Positions 50,071 through 61,899 of a DNA stretch of 64,000 bases are shown in pieces. Each line of letters opens with the position of its first letter. Positions within the stretch are counted from its first letter, which is position 1. The position numbers and the translations under genes were made by a program. The stretch comes from Mobula hypostoma (lineage: Eukaryota): NCBI RefSeq assembly GCF_963921235.1, contig NC_086097.1, positions 102,426,001 through 102,490,000 on the forward strand. The letters are read 5' to 3'. Under the pieces are notes generated by a model. It was not told the origin of the DNA. It did not search any database and was given only the letters and a program-made list of their open reading frames with translations.

Positions 50071-50489
50071 AGTGGTTCCTGCAATACACACCTTTTTGTT
50101 GGTAATTCTAGTCTTACTTCAGAGTTACTAATGAAATTCTTCATGTAGGTCTATTGTTTTGCCAAATCTTCAACTCAGAAATCAGGAGGCAATATACCTT
50201 CAACTGTTTCATTGAATGTGACTCAGACCAAGGCAAGTTCTTTCTTGGTATCTGTTATTTGCCTAATTAAAAGGGAAGAATATTTTGTTGCCCTCCACTG
50301 GGAAAAAATAATTTCCCTTGTTTTTGTTGCTTTTTAAACTTGCATCAAAGCCATCCCCCTTCAGGCTGTTGAAGAATCTGCAGTATTAGTGTCTCCAGAT
50401 TCAGGTAGCTCTTTAAGCAAATAATCCTCTCAACCTCTCTGTGTCTCCCTTGCTCAGAAATATGGCCCTGGTGCCCTCCTAGCTAGTCT

Positions 50490-51435
50490 TAATTTCCTGC
50501 ATTTGGCCCATATCCCTCCACGTGCTTCTTAAATGATACTATTGTTCCTGCCTCAACCACTTCTTCTGGCAGCTTGTTCCATATATTCACCACCATCTGT
50601 ATGAAAAAAATTACTTCTCAGGTTCCTTTTAAATCTTTCCCACTCATCCTAAATCTATGCCCTCTAAATTTGGACTTTGCTACTCTGAAGAAAAGCTGTT
50701 ACTGTCCACCTTATCTACACCTCTCCTCAATGCTGGATGCTGCCTTCTTAGAGTCTTAGAGTGATAGAGAAATACATACACAAACAGGCTCTTCAGGTCC
50801 ATCTAGTTCATGCCCAAACCATTTAAATTCCCATTCCCAACGACCTGCACCAGGAACATCGCTGTCCATACCCCTACTATCAATGTACCTCTACAGCTTT
50901 TCTTAAACGTTGGAAATCGAGCTCTCATGCACCACTTGTGCTATAGAAAAAATTTTACAGTAATTCTTGAGGCACCTCCTCTTGAAGATGTAATTTATGG
51001 TGGGGAAGGTTGTGCAAATGCTAGCTGAGTCTACAACCCTCTGCAGCCTTTTGTGATGCTGTGCATTGGAGGCTCCGTACCAGGCTGATGCAGCTTTCAG
51101 AGTGCTATAAGCTCTCTCTCCTTCTCCTTGTTTCCAGTGAATAAGGACCTAGGCTGGCCAACCTCTCCCTACAGCTCAGCCCCCCCCTAGAACTGCCAGG
51201 AGCTTTGTAAATCTTTTCTGCACTCCTTTCCAGTTTATTCACATCTTTCCTAAATGAAGATGACAAAAACTGTACACAGTACTGTGACTGTGGCCTCATC
51301 AATGACTAACACAACTGCAACGTCCCAACTTCTGTACTCAATGTACAGATCTGATTGATGAAGGGCAGTATGTTAAATGCCTTTTTCACCACCCTGTCTA
51401 CCTATGGCACTGCTTTCGACAAACTATGCACTTGT
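50490..51435 (-). mobile_element. Mixed old CR1 and Rex-like fragments
   Basis: RPQSQYCVQF...RKDVNKLER (51105-51302) and CR1 3' UTR-like pieces. Confidence 0.6.
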
Positions 51436-51559
51436 TATTTTCAATTAACTGGACTCTTGTGCACAAGTAAATGAAGTGTGGTTCATGAAAAAGGAAAACA
51501 GCATGGCCCCTGTCACCACTCCTGTTCTAAAGTCTGAACAAAGAAATTATATCTCGCCA

Positions 51560-52020
51560 GCCTCCGCTCGCACATCTTTCGCTTCCCTCTTGTTTTAGCA
51601 TCTGAAATTGCCAGTCCCCATCAACTACTTTTTGTCTTCTGGCACTTTACCATGCAATCACAGAAGATATGAAACACTTGCCCTTTTTTTTTTACCTCAT
51701 CCCTTCCCATCATCCGGGGAACCAAAAAGTCCTTCCAAATGAAATAGTATTCACTTGCCATTTTCCCAGTAAATCACTTTTGGTGTTCACACTGTGGTCT
51801 GTTCTGTGCTGAATACAGACACTTCCTGGTTTCTTCAATCTATAGGGATGACTCAAATTTCCATGATGCATATCATTTTAATTCCCTGTCCCACTCCCCC
51901 TCTGAGCCATCTGCCTTCTGCACTATTACACTGAGGCCCAGTTCAGGCTTGAGGGACAACACCTCATCTTCCATCTGAGCACTGAATCTTTTGAAACTCA
52001 TGATCAAATTCTCTAATTAC
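51560..52020 (+). mobile_element. Old Penelope GIY-YIG fragment
   Basis: Decayed TCPF..TSSL.II.G.KKSFQ...RLE.QHLIF sequence collinear with the younger copies. Confidence 0.6.
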
Positions 52021-53767
52021 AAGTTCTTGAGAAAACATCCAAAGATGAACTGAAACAAAAGCAGAGCGGTGACCAGCAAGAACAGAAATAGCCTAATCTT
52101 GTTCAGAATCATTGCAATGCAGAAATCTACCTGCTAGAATATAGAGCAGAGTGCACCATGTAATGAGTCAGAACCCAGTGCCCAGAGGCAAACTGTTAAT
52201 AACTCAGATCAGAATGAAGTTTATTAACAGATTCAGATTTTCACATCCATTCTCTTCAATTACTGCACCTGACCTCTGACTCTCTCTCTTTCTTTTCTTT
52301 TTAAATCTTTACACAAAAGATAAACCATGTAGAAACTAATACACTGTTGCAATATAAATTTACAAGAGATGTAACTCTCTTTCATCCCTGTCTCTCAACC
52401 CTAACCTGACCCCAAACTGACATATGTTGCGAAATTTGTTTTGTGGTAACAGTACAGTGCAAGATTGGTTGGTATGACGTTGTGGGCATCACTGACTCAT
52501 GGAAAAATATCTCCTTTGGAAAGAATATTTGCTAATTTTGTCATACGCTCGCCATCACATCATGGATGGTGTACACAATGTGAAGTGGCAAAAGAGAGAA
52601 TGGTATCTTGCAGGGCAGGAGCCATTTGAAAACTGCAAGTCTTTTCAGTAGTGAGTCATTGTTTGAAGTAGCAAGTGAGAGAGCGACACCTTGCAGGGCA
52701 GGAGCCATTTGAAAACTGCAGGTCCTTTTTTTGTAATTTATTTTTTATTGAAGTTCATCATCAAACAAAACTTTCCATAAGATATATTTCAGACACTGTA
52801 CATATATATCATATAGTAATATTTGTCACAAATCTCCACATAATAATTATCTGAAGTATACACATAGAAAGGAGAGGAAAGAAAGAACAATCGAAAGAAG
52901 AGAACTAAGTAGGGAGTGATCTTTTTTTAACAACATATTCATTGACTTGTGAGAATAAAATCAGGCCTATGAGGTGTTATATAATTAAACGATTTTTCCC
53001 GGTATCAATCAAATTGTTCCAACTTATGATTAACAGATGCTGTTATCTTCTCCATTTTGTAAATGTCCATTGTAATTTCCATCTATTCATTTAAAGTTGG
53101 GCTCTCCTGTGATAACCATTTCCTGGTAAGGGTCTTTATACCAGCCACCAGCAGTATATTCATTAAATATTTATCTCTTTTCAACCATTCTTGAGGTATA
53201 TACCCAAAATATATGGTCTTACTCTCTAAGGGTATTTCACATTTAAAGATGTCTTGTAGGGCATTATGTATCCCACTCCAATAGTCTTTGATAACAGGGC
53301 ATTCCCAGAAAACATGATAATGGTTTGCATTTTGATTTCCACAATTTCTCCAGCAAACAGGGAGGTTGCTATCATAATGGGATTTCTGAGAGGGTGTAAT
53401 AAAACATCTTATCAAGTTTTTCCACCCAAACTTCCTCCATTTCTGTGAACTGGTACACTTCCATTGATACCTCCATATTATTGTCCAGTCTTCCTCAGAT
53501 ATTATTATCCCTCCTTCCTTCTCTCATTTTGTTTTAATGTAAGAAGTGGAATGTGTTTTAAGATTTGACAAACCCTTATACATGCTTGAAATTATTCTAC
53601 TACCATTGTCTGAATTATATGCTTTTCTAAATAGCTCTATCAAACATGTACTTGCCTTGGTTACATTTTTAACTGTCCTATTAACATACTGTCGCATCTG
53701 TAAATATCGATAAAAGTCTTGTTTTTCTAATAAGTGTTTCTCTTTGAGCATCTCAAAACTGAACAGT

Positions 53768-54895
53768 CACAACACGCTGGAGGAACTCAGCAGGTCGGGC
53801 AGCATCCGTGGAAACGATCAGTCAACGTTTCGGGCCGGAACCCTTCATCAGGACTGAAAAGGGAAGGGGCATAGGCCCTATAAAGAAGGTGGGAAGGAGA
53901 GGGCTGGTAGGTTCCAGGTGAAAAATCAGTAAGGGGAAAGATAAAGGGGTGGGGGAGGGGATAGGCAGGAAAGGTGAAGAAGGAAAAGGGGAAAACACAA
54001 TGGGTAGTAGAAGGAGGCAGAACCATAAGGGAGGTGATAGGCAGCTGGGGGAGGGGACAGAGTGAAACTAGGATAGGGGAAGGGAGGGGGAGGGAATTAC
54101 CGTAAGTTGGAGAATTCGATGTTCATACCAAGGGGCTGGAGACTACCCGGACAGTATATGAGGTGTTGCTCCTCCAACCTGAGATTAGCCTCATCATGGT
54201 AGAGGAGACATATGTATGGACATATCCGAATGGGAATGTGAAGCAGAGTTGAAGTGGGTGGCAACTGGGAGATCCTGTCTGTTGTGGCAGACGGAGTGGA
54301 GGTGCGTGATGAAGCGGTCCCCCAATCTGCGTCGGGTTTTACCAATGCAGAGGAGGCCGCAAGAGGAGCACCGGATGCAATAGATGACCACAACAGACTC
54401 ACAAGTGAAGTGTTGCCTCACCTGGAAGGACTGTCTGGGGCCCTGAATGGTGGTGAGAGAGGAGGTGTAGGGACAGGTGTAGCACTTACGCTTACAGGGA
54501 TAAGTGCCAGGTGGGAGATCCATGGGGAGGGACATGTGGACCAGGGAGTCGAGGAGGGAATGATCCCTGCGGAAAGCGGAGAGGGGTGGAGAGGGAAGGA
54601 TGTGCTTAGTGGTGGGGTCCTGCTGAAGGTGGTAGAAGTTCCGGAGGATAATGTGCTGGATCTGGAGGCTGGTGGGGTGGTAGGTGAGGACAAGGGGAGC
54701 TCTGTCCCTGTTGTGGCGGGAGGATGGGGTGAGGGCCGAAGTGCGGGAAATGGAGGAGATGCGGGTGAGGGCATCATTGATGATGGCAGAAGGGAAACCA
54801 CGATCCTTAAAGAAAGAGGACATTTGAGATGTCCTGGAACGGAAAGCCTCATCCTGGGAGCAGATGCAGCGGAGACGGAGGAACTGGGAATAGAG
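53768..54895 (-). mobile_element. Penelope-like retroelement fragment inserted in the L1 ORF2
   Basis: SQFLRLRCICS, PLVLTYHP, IYCIRCSSCGLLCIGKTRRRLGDRF; TSD AAAC(T/C)GAACAGT at 53756-53767 and 54896-54907. Confidence 0.9.
53818..53857 (-). ncRNA. Minimal type I hammerhead ribozyme of Penelope
   Basis: UCAGUC-CUGAUGA-AGGG(UUCCGG)CCC-GAAA-C-GUU-GACUGA; 6-bp stem I. Confidence 0.8.
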
Positions 54896-57269
54896 AAACC
54901 GAACAGTGTTCCTTCTTTCATTATATTGCAAATAGCTGTTATTCCTTTAGCTGTCCAGCACTTAAATCTAGCATCCAGTTTGTTCGGCATAAAATCCGAG
55001 TCATATGCACACCATTTAAGAATTGCAATGTCTCTCTCTAGTTTATATTCTTTTATAATAGTTTTCCATATTTTAAGAGTCCATTTCACCCATGGGTTAT
55101 CAATAGTATTTACGTAGTTTTGTAGGTTGTTACCAGCCAAAATTGCCTGTATGGGGATGGAAAGTATCCTCTCCTCAATGTTTTTCCATTGAGCGTCATA
55201 TGATGGGTTGCACCAGCATATCACGGCTCTCAACTGTGCTGCAAAATAATAATCTCCAAGAGAAGGTAAGCCCCATCCCCACCTTTTCCTTGGCTAATTG
55301 CAAAGTTTTGAGACAAATTCTGGGCCTTTTACCTTGCCATACATACCTCGTTAGCATCTTGTTCCATTCATTGAATTGATTTTGGTTAATCTCTATTGGC
55401 AGGGTCTGAAAGAGATATAGTAGTCTGGGCAGTATATTCATTTTAATAGATTCAATCCTTGAACTGAGACCAAGAAAAGGAATTAGATTCCATCTTGCTA
55501 TATCTTCCTTAATTTTTTTATATACAAAAGGCTGATAATTGCATTCTGATAATTTTGCCAAATCTTTTGGCATAATGATGCACAAATATTTGACAGACTC
55601 TGTTTGCCATGCCCAAGGATATCTACTTTCAATTTCTCTTGGTGGGCTATAGTTACAGTATATGAAAGTAGTTGGGTTTTATCTATGTTGATCTTGTATC
55701 CTGATAATTGGCCATATTGTTCAAAGGATTGCATCAATTTAGGTAGAGAGTCTGTTGGTTGCCCTAGATAGATCAAAATGTCATCCGCATAACAGGCCAA
55801 TTTATGTTCTGTCCCTTTAATAGTAATTCCCCTGATACTTTCATTTTGTCTGATGTGTTGAGCTAATGGTTCCAGATATAACGCGAAGAGTAGCAGTGAC
55901 CATGTACAACCCTGTCTCGTGCCCCGTTCTAGGGTAAAACTATTAGATAAATATCCATTGATTTTAATCCTAGCAGTAGGATTGTCATATAGTGCCTGTA
56001 TAGTTTTAATAATTGTGTCATGTAGACCAAATCTATGTAAAACTCTGTAAAGAAAATTCCAATTAACCGAATCAAATGCCTTTTCAGCATCTACGCTTAT
56101 CACTATTGCTTCAATTTCATTTTTTAATATGATCCATAATGTGAAGTGTCGTTCGTATATTGTCTTGTGTTTGGCGCTGTTGTATAAAACCTGTCTGATC
56201 ATTGTGTATCAGTGTGGGTAGAAACTCTTCTAATCGTTTGACCATGATGGAGGAAAATAATCTATAATCTACATTAAGAACAGATATTGGTCTAAATGAC
56301 CCACATTCCATTTTATCCTTGCCTTCTTTCGGTATAGCTGAGATTATTGCCTCCTTCCAGCTGGGTGGCATTTGCGCCTTTCTTAGAGCCCAGTTCAGTG
56401 TGGGGAGCAAAACAGGAATTAACTCATTTCTGAACTCCTTATACCACTCTGCCGTATATCCATCTGATCCTGGTGACTTCTATTGGAAGATTCTAAGTTT
56501 GGTTGTAATTGTAAATTTAAGTCTCCCCCACATACCAAGAGACCTTCTGTTTCTGTTACCATAATATTAGTAATTTTCTGGAAGAAACTAATATCACTTC
56601 CTGGGGGTGCGTATATATTCAATAAAGTAACTGGATTTCCATCTATATTCCCCCTTACCAGAATATATCTGCCCTCCTTATCTCCCATTTCGAATACTTT
56701 TTCAAAATTTAGCTTGCTTGAGATGAGAATAGCATCTCCTCTTCTATGTCCTGATTTATATGAGGAAAACAAATTAGTGAAGCCCATTCTCTTCAGTTTT
56801 CCATGTTCATTATCACTTAAGTGAGTTTCCTGTAAATATACTACATGGGCTTGTTCTTTTTTCATTTTTGATAGAATTTTACTTCGTTTGATTGGATTGA
56901 CATCAAAAGAAATGAATTTTACTTTGTCCTTAGCCATGTGTTAGTATATCATTGAAATTTGCAGAATATAACTTAATCGATCTACTCCCTGAACAAATAA
57001 GAGCCAAGAAATGCAAATAATAAAAAAAAAGGTAACGAAGGTGTGATTCCAAATCTCTAGATGACCCTGGGTTGAGCTAGAGGAAACATCTAGCTGTGGG
57101 GGATAGCCCCTCCTACCTGTGAGTTGAGGGCCCCCGCTGCAGTACCTATGAAAGTAAGTATAAAAATCTATTAAAACAGCAGGTCTTTTTGGAAGTGAGT
57201 CTTATTTGATCTAATAAAAAGAAAGGAGGTGTAAGCGAAGTGGCCGTTGTGTGACTGGGCCAGTGTTAG

Positions 57270-58708
57270 GATAGAAACATAGAAACATAGAAAATAGGTG
57301 CAGGAGTAGGCCATTCGGCCCTTCAAGCCTGCACCGCCATTTATTATGATCATGGCTGATCATCCAACTCAGAACCCAGCCTTCCCTCCATACCCCCTGA
57401 CCCCTGTAGCCACAAGGGCCATATCTAACTTCCTTTTAAACATAGCTAATGAACTGGCCTCAACAGTTTGCTGTGGCAGAGAATTCCACAGATTCACCAC
57501 TCTCTGTGTGAAGAAGTTTTTCCTAACCTCGGTCCTAAAAGGCTTCCCCTCTATCCTCAAACTGTGACCCCTCGTTCCAGACCTCCCCAACATCGGGAAC
57601 AATCTTCCCGCATCTAGCCTGTCCAATCCCTTTAGGATCTTATACGTTTCAATCAGATCCCCCCTCAATCTTCTAAATTCCAACGAGTACAAGCCCAGTT
57701 CATCCAGTCTTTCTTCATATGAAAGACCTGCCATCCCAGGAATCAATCTGGTGAACCTTCTTTGTACTCCCTCTATGGCAAAGATGTCTTTCCTCAGATT
57801 AGGGGACCAAAACTGCACACAATACTCCAGGTGTGGTCTCACCAAGTACTTGTACAACTGCAGTAGTACCTCCCTGCTCCTGTACTCGAATCCTCTCGCT
57901 ATAAATGCCAGCATACCGTTCGCCTTTTTCACCGCCTGCTGTACCTGCATGCCCACTTTCAATGACTGGTGTATAATGACACCCAGGTCTCGTTGCACCT
58001 CCCCTTTTCCTAATCGGCCACCATTCAGATAATAATCTGTTTTCCTATTTTTGCCACCAAAGTGGATAACTTCACATTTATCCACATTAAATTGCATCTG
58101 CCATGAGTTTGCCCACTCACCCAACCTATCCAAGTCACCCTGCATCCTCTTAGCATCCTCCTCACTGCTAACACTGCCACCCAGCTTCGTGTCATCCGCA
58201 AACTTGGAGATGCTGCATTTAATTCCCTCATCCAAGTCATTAATATATATTGTAAACAACTGGGGTCCCAGCACTGAGCCTTGCGGTACCCCACTAGTCA
58301 CCGCCTGCCATTCTGAAAAGGTCCCGTTTATTCCCACTCTTTGCTTCCTGTCTGCTAACCAATTCTCCACCCACACCAATACCTTACCCCCAATACCGTG
58401 TGCTTTAAGTTTGCACACTAATCTCCTGTGTGGGACCTTGTCAAAAGCCTTTTGAAAATCCAAATATACCACATCCACTGGTTCTCCCCTATCCACTCTA
58501 CTAGTTACATCCTCAAAAAATTCTATGAGATTCGTCAGACATGATTTTCCTTTCACAAATCCATGCTGACTTTGTCCGATCATTTCACCGCTTTCCAAAT
58601 GTGCTGTTATCACATCCTTGATAACTGACTCCAGCAGTTTCCCCACCACCGACGTTAGGCTAACCGGCCTATAATTCCCCGGTTTCTCTCTCCCTCCTTT
58701 TTTAAAAA
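57270..58708 (-). mobile_element. Young CR1 LINE, 5'-truncated, with an uninterrupted RT reading frame
   Basis: About 445 open codons from FKKGGREKPGNYRPVSLTS through DFQKAFDKV, GVPQGSVLGP, FADDTK to GYGGKAG; (ATAGAAAC)n tail. Confidence 0.95.
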
Positions 58709-59379
58709 TGATGATCAAGCTTTGGTGAGAACAGGTTAAGGCTAAAGGTACTGAGTCTTTTGGAGTCATTTAGTTGACTGTAGAACTTCAGCTTAAGAAG
58801 TTAGAGGCAAAGGTATAACAAGTGTAGGCAGGATGGTAGTGTTCCAAGGATTTCCCTTCAATAATGATGACCAATTCGGCACAGAGAGAATCTGAATTCA
58901 CTGACAAGTACCTATATTGGCTCAGTTCATAAGCACTTGAATTTACACAACTGGTGACCTGTGTGCACAATCACTAGGTTGCTTTGACTCTCTATGAACA
59001 GTCAATGGTGAGAAAAGGTAATGACTAGGAAAAGGAGTCTACACTGGCCAGGACTTCTTCTTGATCCAAATGTCTTCTTCATGTTTCAATGTGGGGTCAT
59101 CCACTTCTGCGATGGTCACTGTCTGCGCTCCCAAAATCCCCCATTCTTATTCTTTTCCTTATCTATGGTGTCTCTATTTTGTTGGCTGAAGGTCATCTGA
59201 CTGACCTGTGTCAGTTCTTACTGGATGTGATCCAGGGCTACAAGCAGATTTGCTTTCTGGCTCTCCCTTCAGCCTTGTGGCTTTGGTGATTTCTTTTGTT
59301 CTGTCCCACTCACTTCAACCAGGTCAGCCAAATACTGAGTCCTGTAAGTCTGCATTTCACATAATTTCACAATGGTCTC

Positions 59380-61745
59380 AGCAAACAAGAGAAAATCTGC
59401 AGATGTTGGAAATCCAAGCAACACACACAAAATGCTGGAGGAACTCTGCAGGCCAGGCAGCAACTACAGAAAAGAGTATAGTTGACATTTCGGCCGAGAC
59501 CCTTCCGCAAAACTGAAGAATAAAAGATGAGGAGTCAGAGTTGGAAGGTGAGGGGAGAGTAGTGAGAAACACAAGGTGATAGGTGAAATTGGGAGGGGGA
59601 GAGGTGAAGTAAAGAGCTGGGAAGTTGATTGGTGAGAGAGATACAGGGCTGGAGAAGGGGAAATCTAATAGGAGGGGACAGAAGGCCGTGGAAGAAAGAA
59701 AAAGGGAAGAGCACCAGAGGGAGGTGATGGGCAGGCAAGGAGACAAGGTGAGAGGCAGCAAAGGGGATGGGGAATGGTGAAGGGGGAGGGGCCATTACTG
59801 GAAGTTTTAGAGATCGATGTTCATGCCATCAGGTTGGAGGCTACCCAGACGGAATATAAGGTGTTCCTCTAACCTGAGTGTGGCTTCATTGTGAAAGTAG
59901 AAGAGGTCATGGATTGACATGTCAGAATGGATATGGGAAATGGAATTAAATTGGGTAGCCACTGGGAGATCTGCTTTTGCTAGTGGCTGGAGTGTAGGTG
60001 CTTGGCAAAGTGGTCTCCCAATCTGCATCGGGTCTTATCAATGTACAGGAAGCCACACCGGGAGCATCAGATACAGTAGATAACCCCAGACTCAAAGGTG
60101 AAGATTCACCGCACCTGAAAGGACTGTTTGAGGCCCTGAATGGTAGTGAGGGAGAAGGTGTCGCACTTGTTCTGCTTGCAAGGATAAGTCCCAGGAGGGA
60201 GATCAGTGGGGAGGGATGAATGGACCAGGGAGTCGCGTTGGGAGTGATCCCTGCAGAAAGCAGAAAGTGGGGAGAGGGAAAGATGTGCTTGGTGGTGGGA
60301 TCCCTTTGGAGATGGTGGAAGTTACGGAGAATTATGTGCTGGACAGGTGGTAGGTGAGGACAAGAGGAACCCTATCCCTTGTTGGGTGGTGGGAGGATGG
60401 GGTCAGGGCAGATGTGTGTGAAATGGAAGAGATACAGTTGAGGGCAGCGTGATAGTGTTGGAAGGGAAGCCCCTTCCTTTGAAGAGGGAGGACATCTCCT
60501 TCGTTCTGGAATGAAAAGCCTCACCCTGAGAGCAGATGCAGTGGAGTCCAAGGGATTGAGAGAAGGGGATAGCATTATTAGAAGTAACAGGATGGGAAGA
60601 GATATAGTCCAAGTGGATTTATAATAAACATCAGTAGATAAGCTGTCTCCAGAGATAGAGACAGAAAGGGGAGGAAGGTGTCAGAAATGAACCAGGTAAA
60701 TTTGAGGGCAGAGTGGAAGTTGGAGGTGAAGTTTATGAAGTTGATGAGTTCTGCATGGATGCAGGAAGCAGCACCAATGCACTACACCATTGTAGGCTTG
60801 GAGCATAAACCATTCCACGTAGCTGACAAAAGGGCAGGCATAGCTGGGAGCCATGCAGGTGCCCATAGCTACCCCTTTTGTTTGAAGAAAATAGGAGGAG
60901 CCAAAGGAGAAATTATTGAGAGTGAGGACATTCTGCTAGATGGAGGAGAGTGGTGGTGGAGGGGAATTGGTTAGGTCTGGTGTCCAGAAAGAAACAGAGA
61001 GCATTGAGGTCTTCCTGGTGGGGGTTGGAGGTGGATAGGGACTGAACATCCATAGTGAAAATAAGATGCTTGGGTCCTGGGAACTTGAAAGCATTGAAAA
61101 GATCGAGAGTGTGTGATGCTTCACAGATGTAGGTAGGAAGGGACTGAACCAGGAGTGGGGGTAATAAAACAGAGTTGAGGCATGTAGATATGAGTTCAGT
61201 GGGACAGGGACAAGCTGAAACAATGGGTCTATCTGGACAGGTGGGTTTGTGGATCTTGGGTAGGAGGTAGAAACAGGAGGTGCGGGGTGCGGGAACTATG
61301 CATTTGATAGCAGCGGATAAGATGTCCCCAGAGCTAATGAGGAGAGTGATAGTGTGGGAAGCAATGGCCCGATGCTCCTTAGTGGGACTCTGTTCGAGGG
61401 GTAAGCATGAGGAGGTGTCTCTCAGTTGTTGCTGTGTCTCAGCAAGGTAGAGGTCAGTACACCAGACTGCTACAGCACCCCTCTTATCTGCGAGTTTCAT
61501 GGTGAGGTTTGGATTGGTGCAGAGGGAGTGGAGAGCAGTGCTTTCAGAAGGGGTGAGATTGGAATTGGAGAGAGGAGTGCTGAAGTCAAGATGGTGATGT
61601 CCCATCAGCAGTTGGCAATGAAATGATCCAGACCAGGCAGAAGACCAGAGCAGGGTGTCCAGGGAAAGGAGAAGGGGTCATCAGTGTGCAATGGAGAGTC
61701 CTCGCCAAAGAAGTCGGCATTGAGATGGAGGTGGCAGAAGAGCAT
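59380..61745 (-). mobile_element. Older Penelope-like element (RT and GIY-YIG, decayed)
   Basis: KLADKRGAV, FYLLPKIHKP, DVQSL, MGTCMAPSYAC, LQPDGMN; degenerate hammerhead near 59480-59515. Confidence 0.88.
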
Positions 61746-61899
61746 TGTGTTAATATTCAGTTGCTCTGATTAAGTTATCCTGGAGCAAGTATCAGTTCAA
61801 ACAGTTCACAAAATGGCAGCCTCCATTTAACCGCATGGCAAGAATAAAGACTTTTACTTGGTTTGTTTCCACCGCTCCTACCTCATTCTTGTTCACTGA

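Larger units (their letters stand above)
52726..57270 (-). mobile_element. L1-clade (fish-type L1/Tx1-like) LINE, ORF2 with frameshifts, interrupted by Penelope
   Basis: APE domain (YLQETHL, NIYAP, GGDLN), RT ([30 protein letters not shown]), C-terminal CWRNC...HVFWECP; T-rich 3' end at 52726. Confidence 0.9.

Noticed and set aside
54254..55233. Long ORFs of 287 aa (+) and 271 aa (-) as novel genes
   Set aside because: They are antisense or chimeric read-throughs across the L1/Penelope junction.
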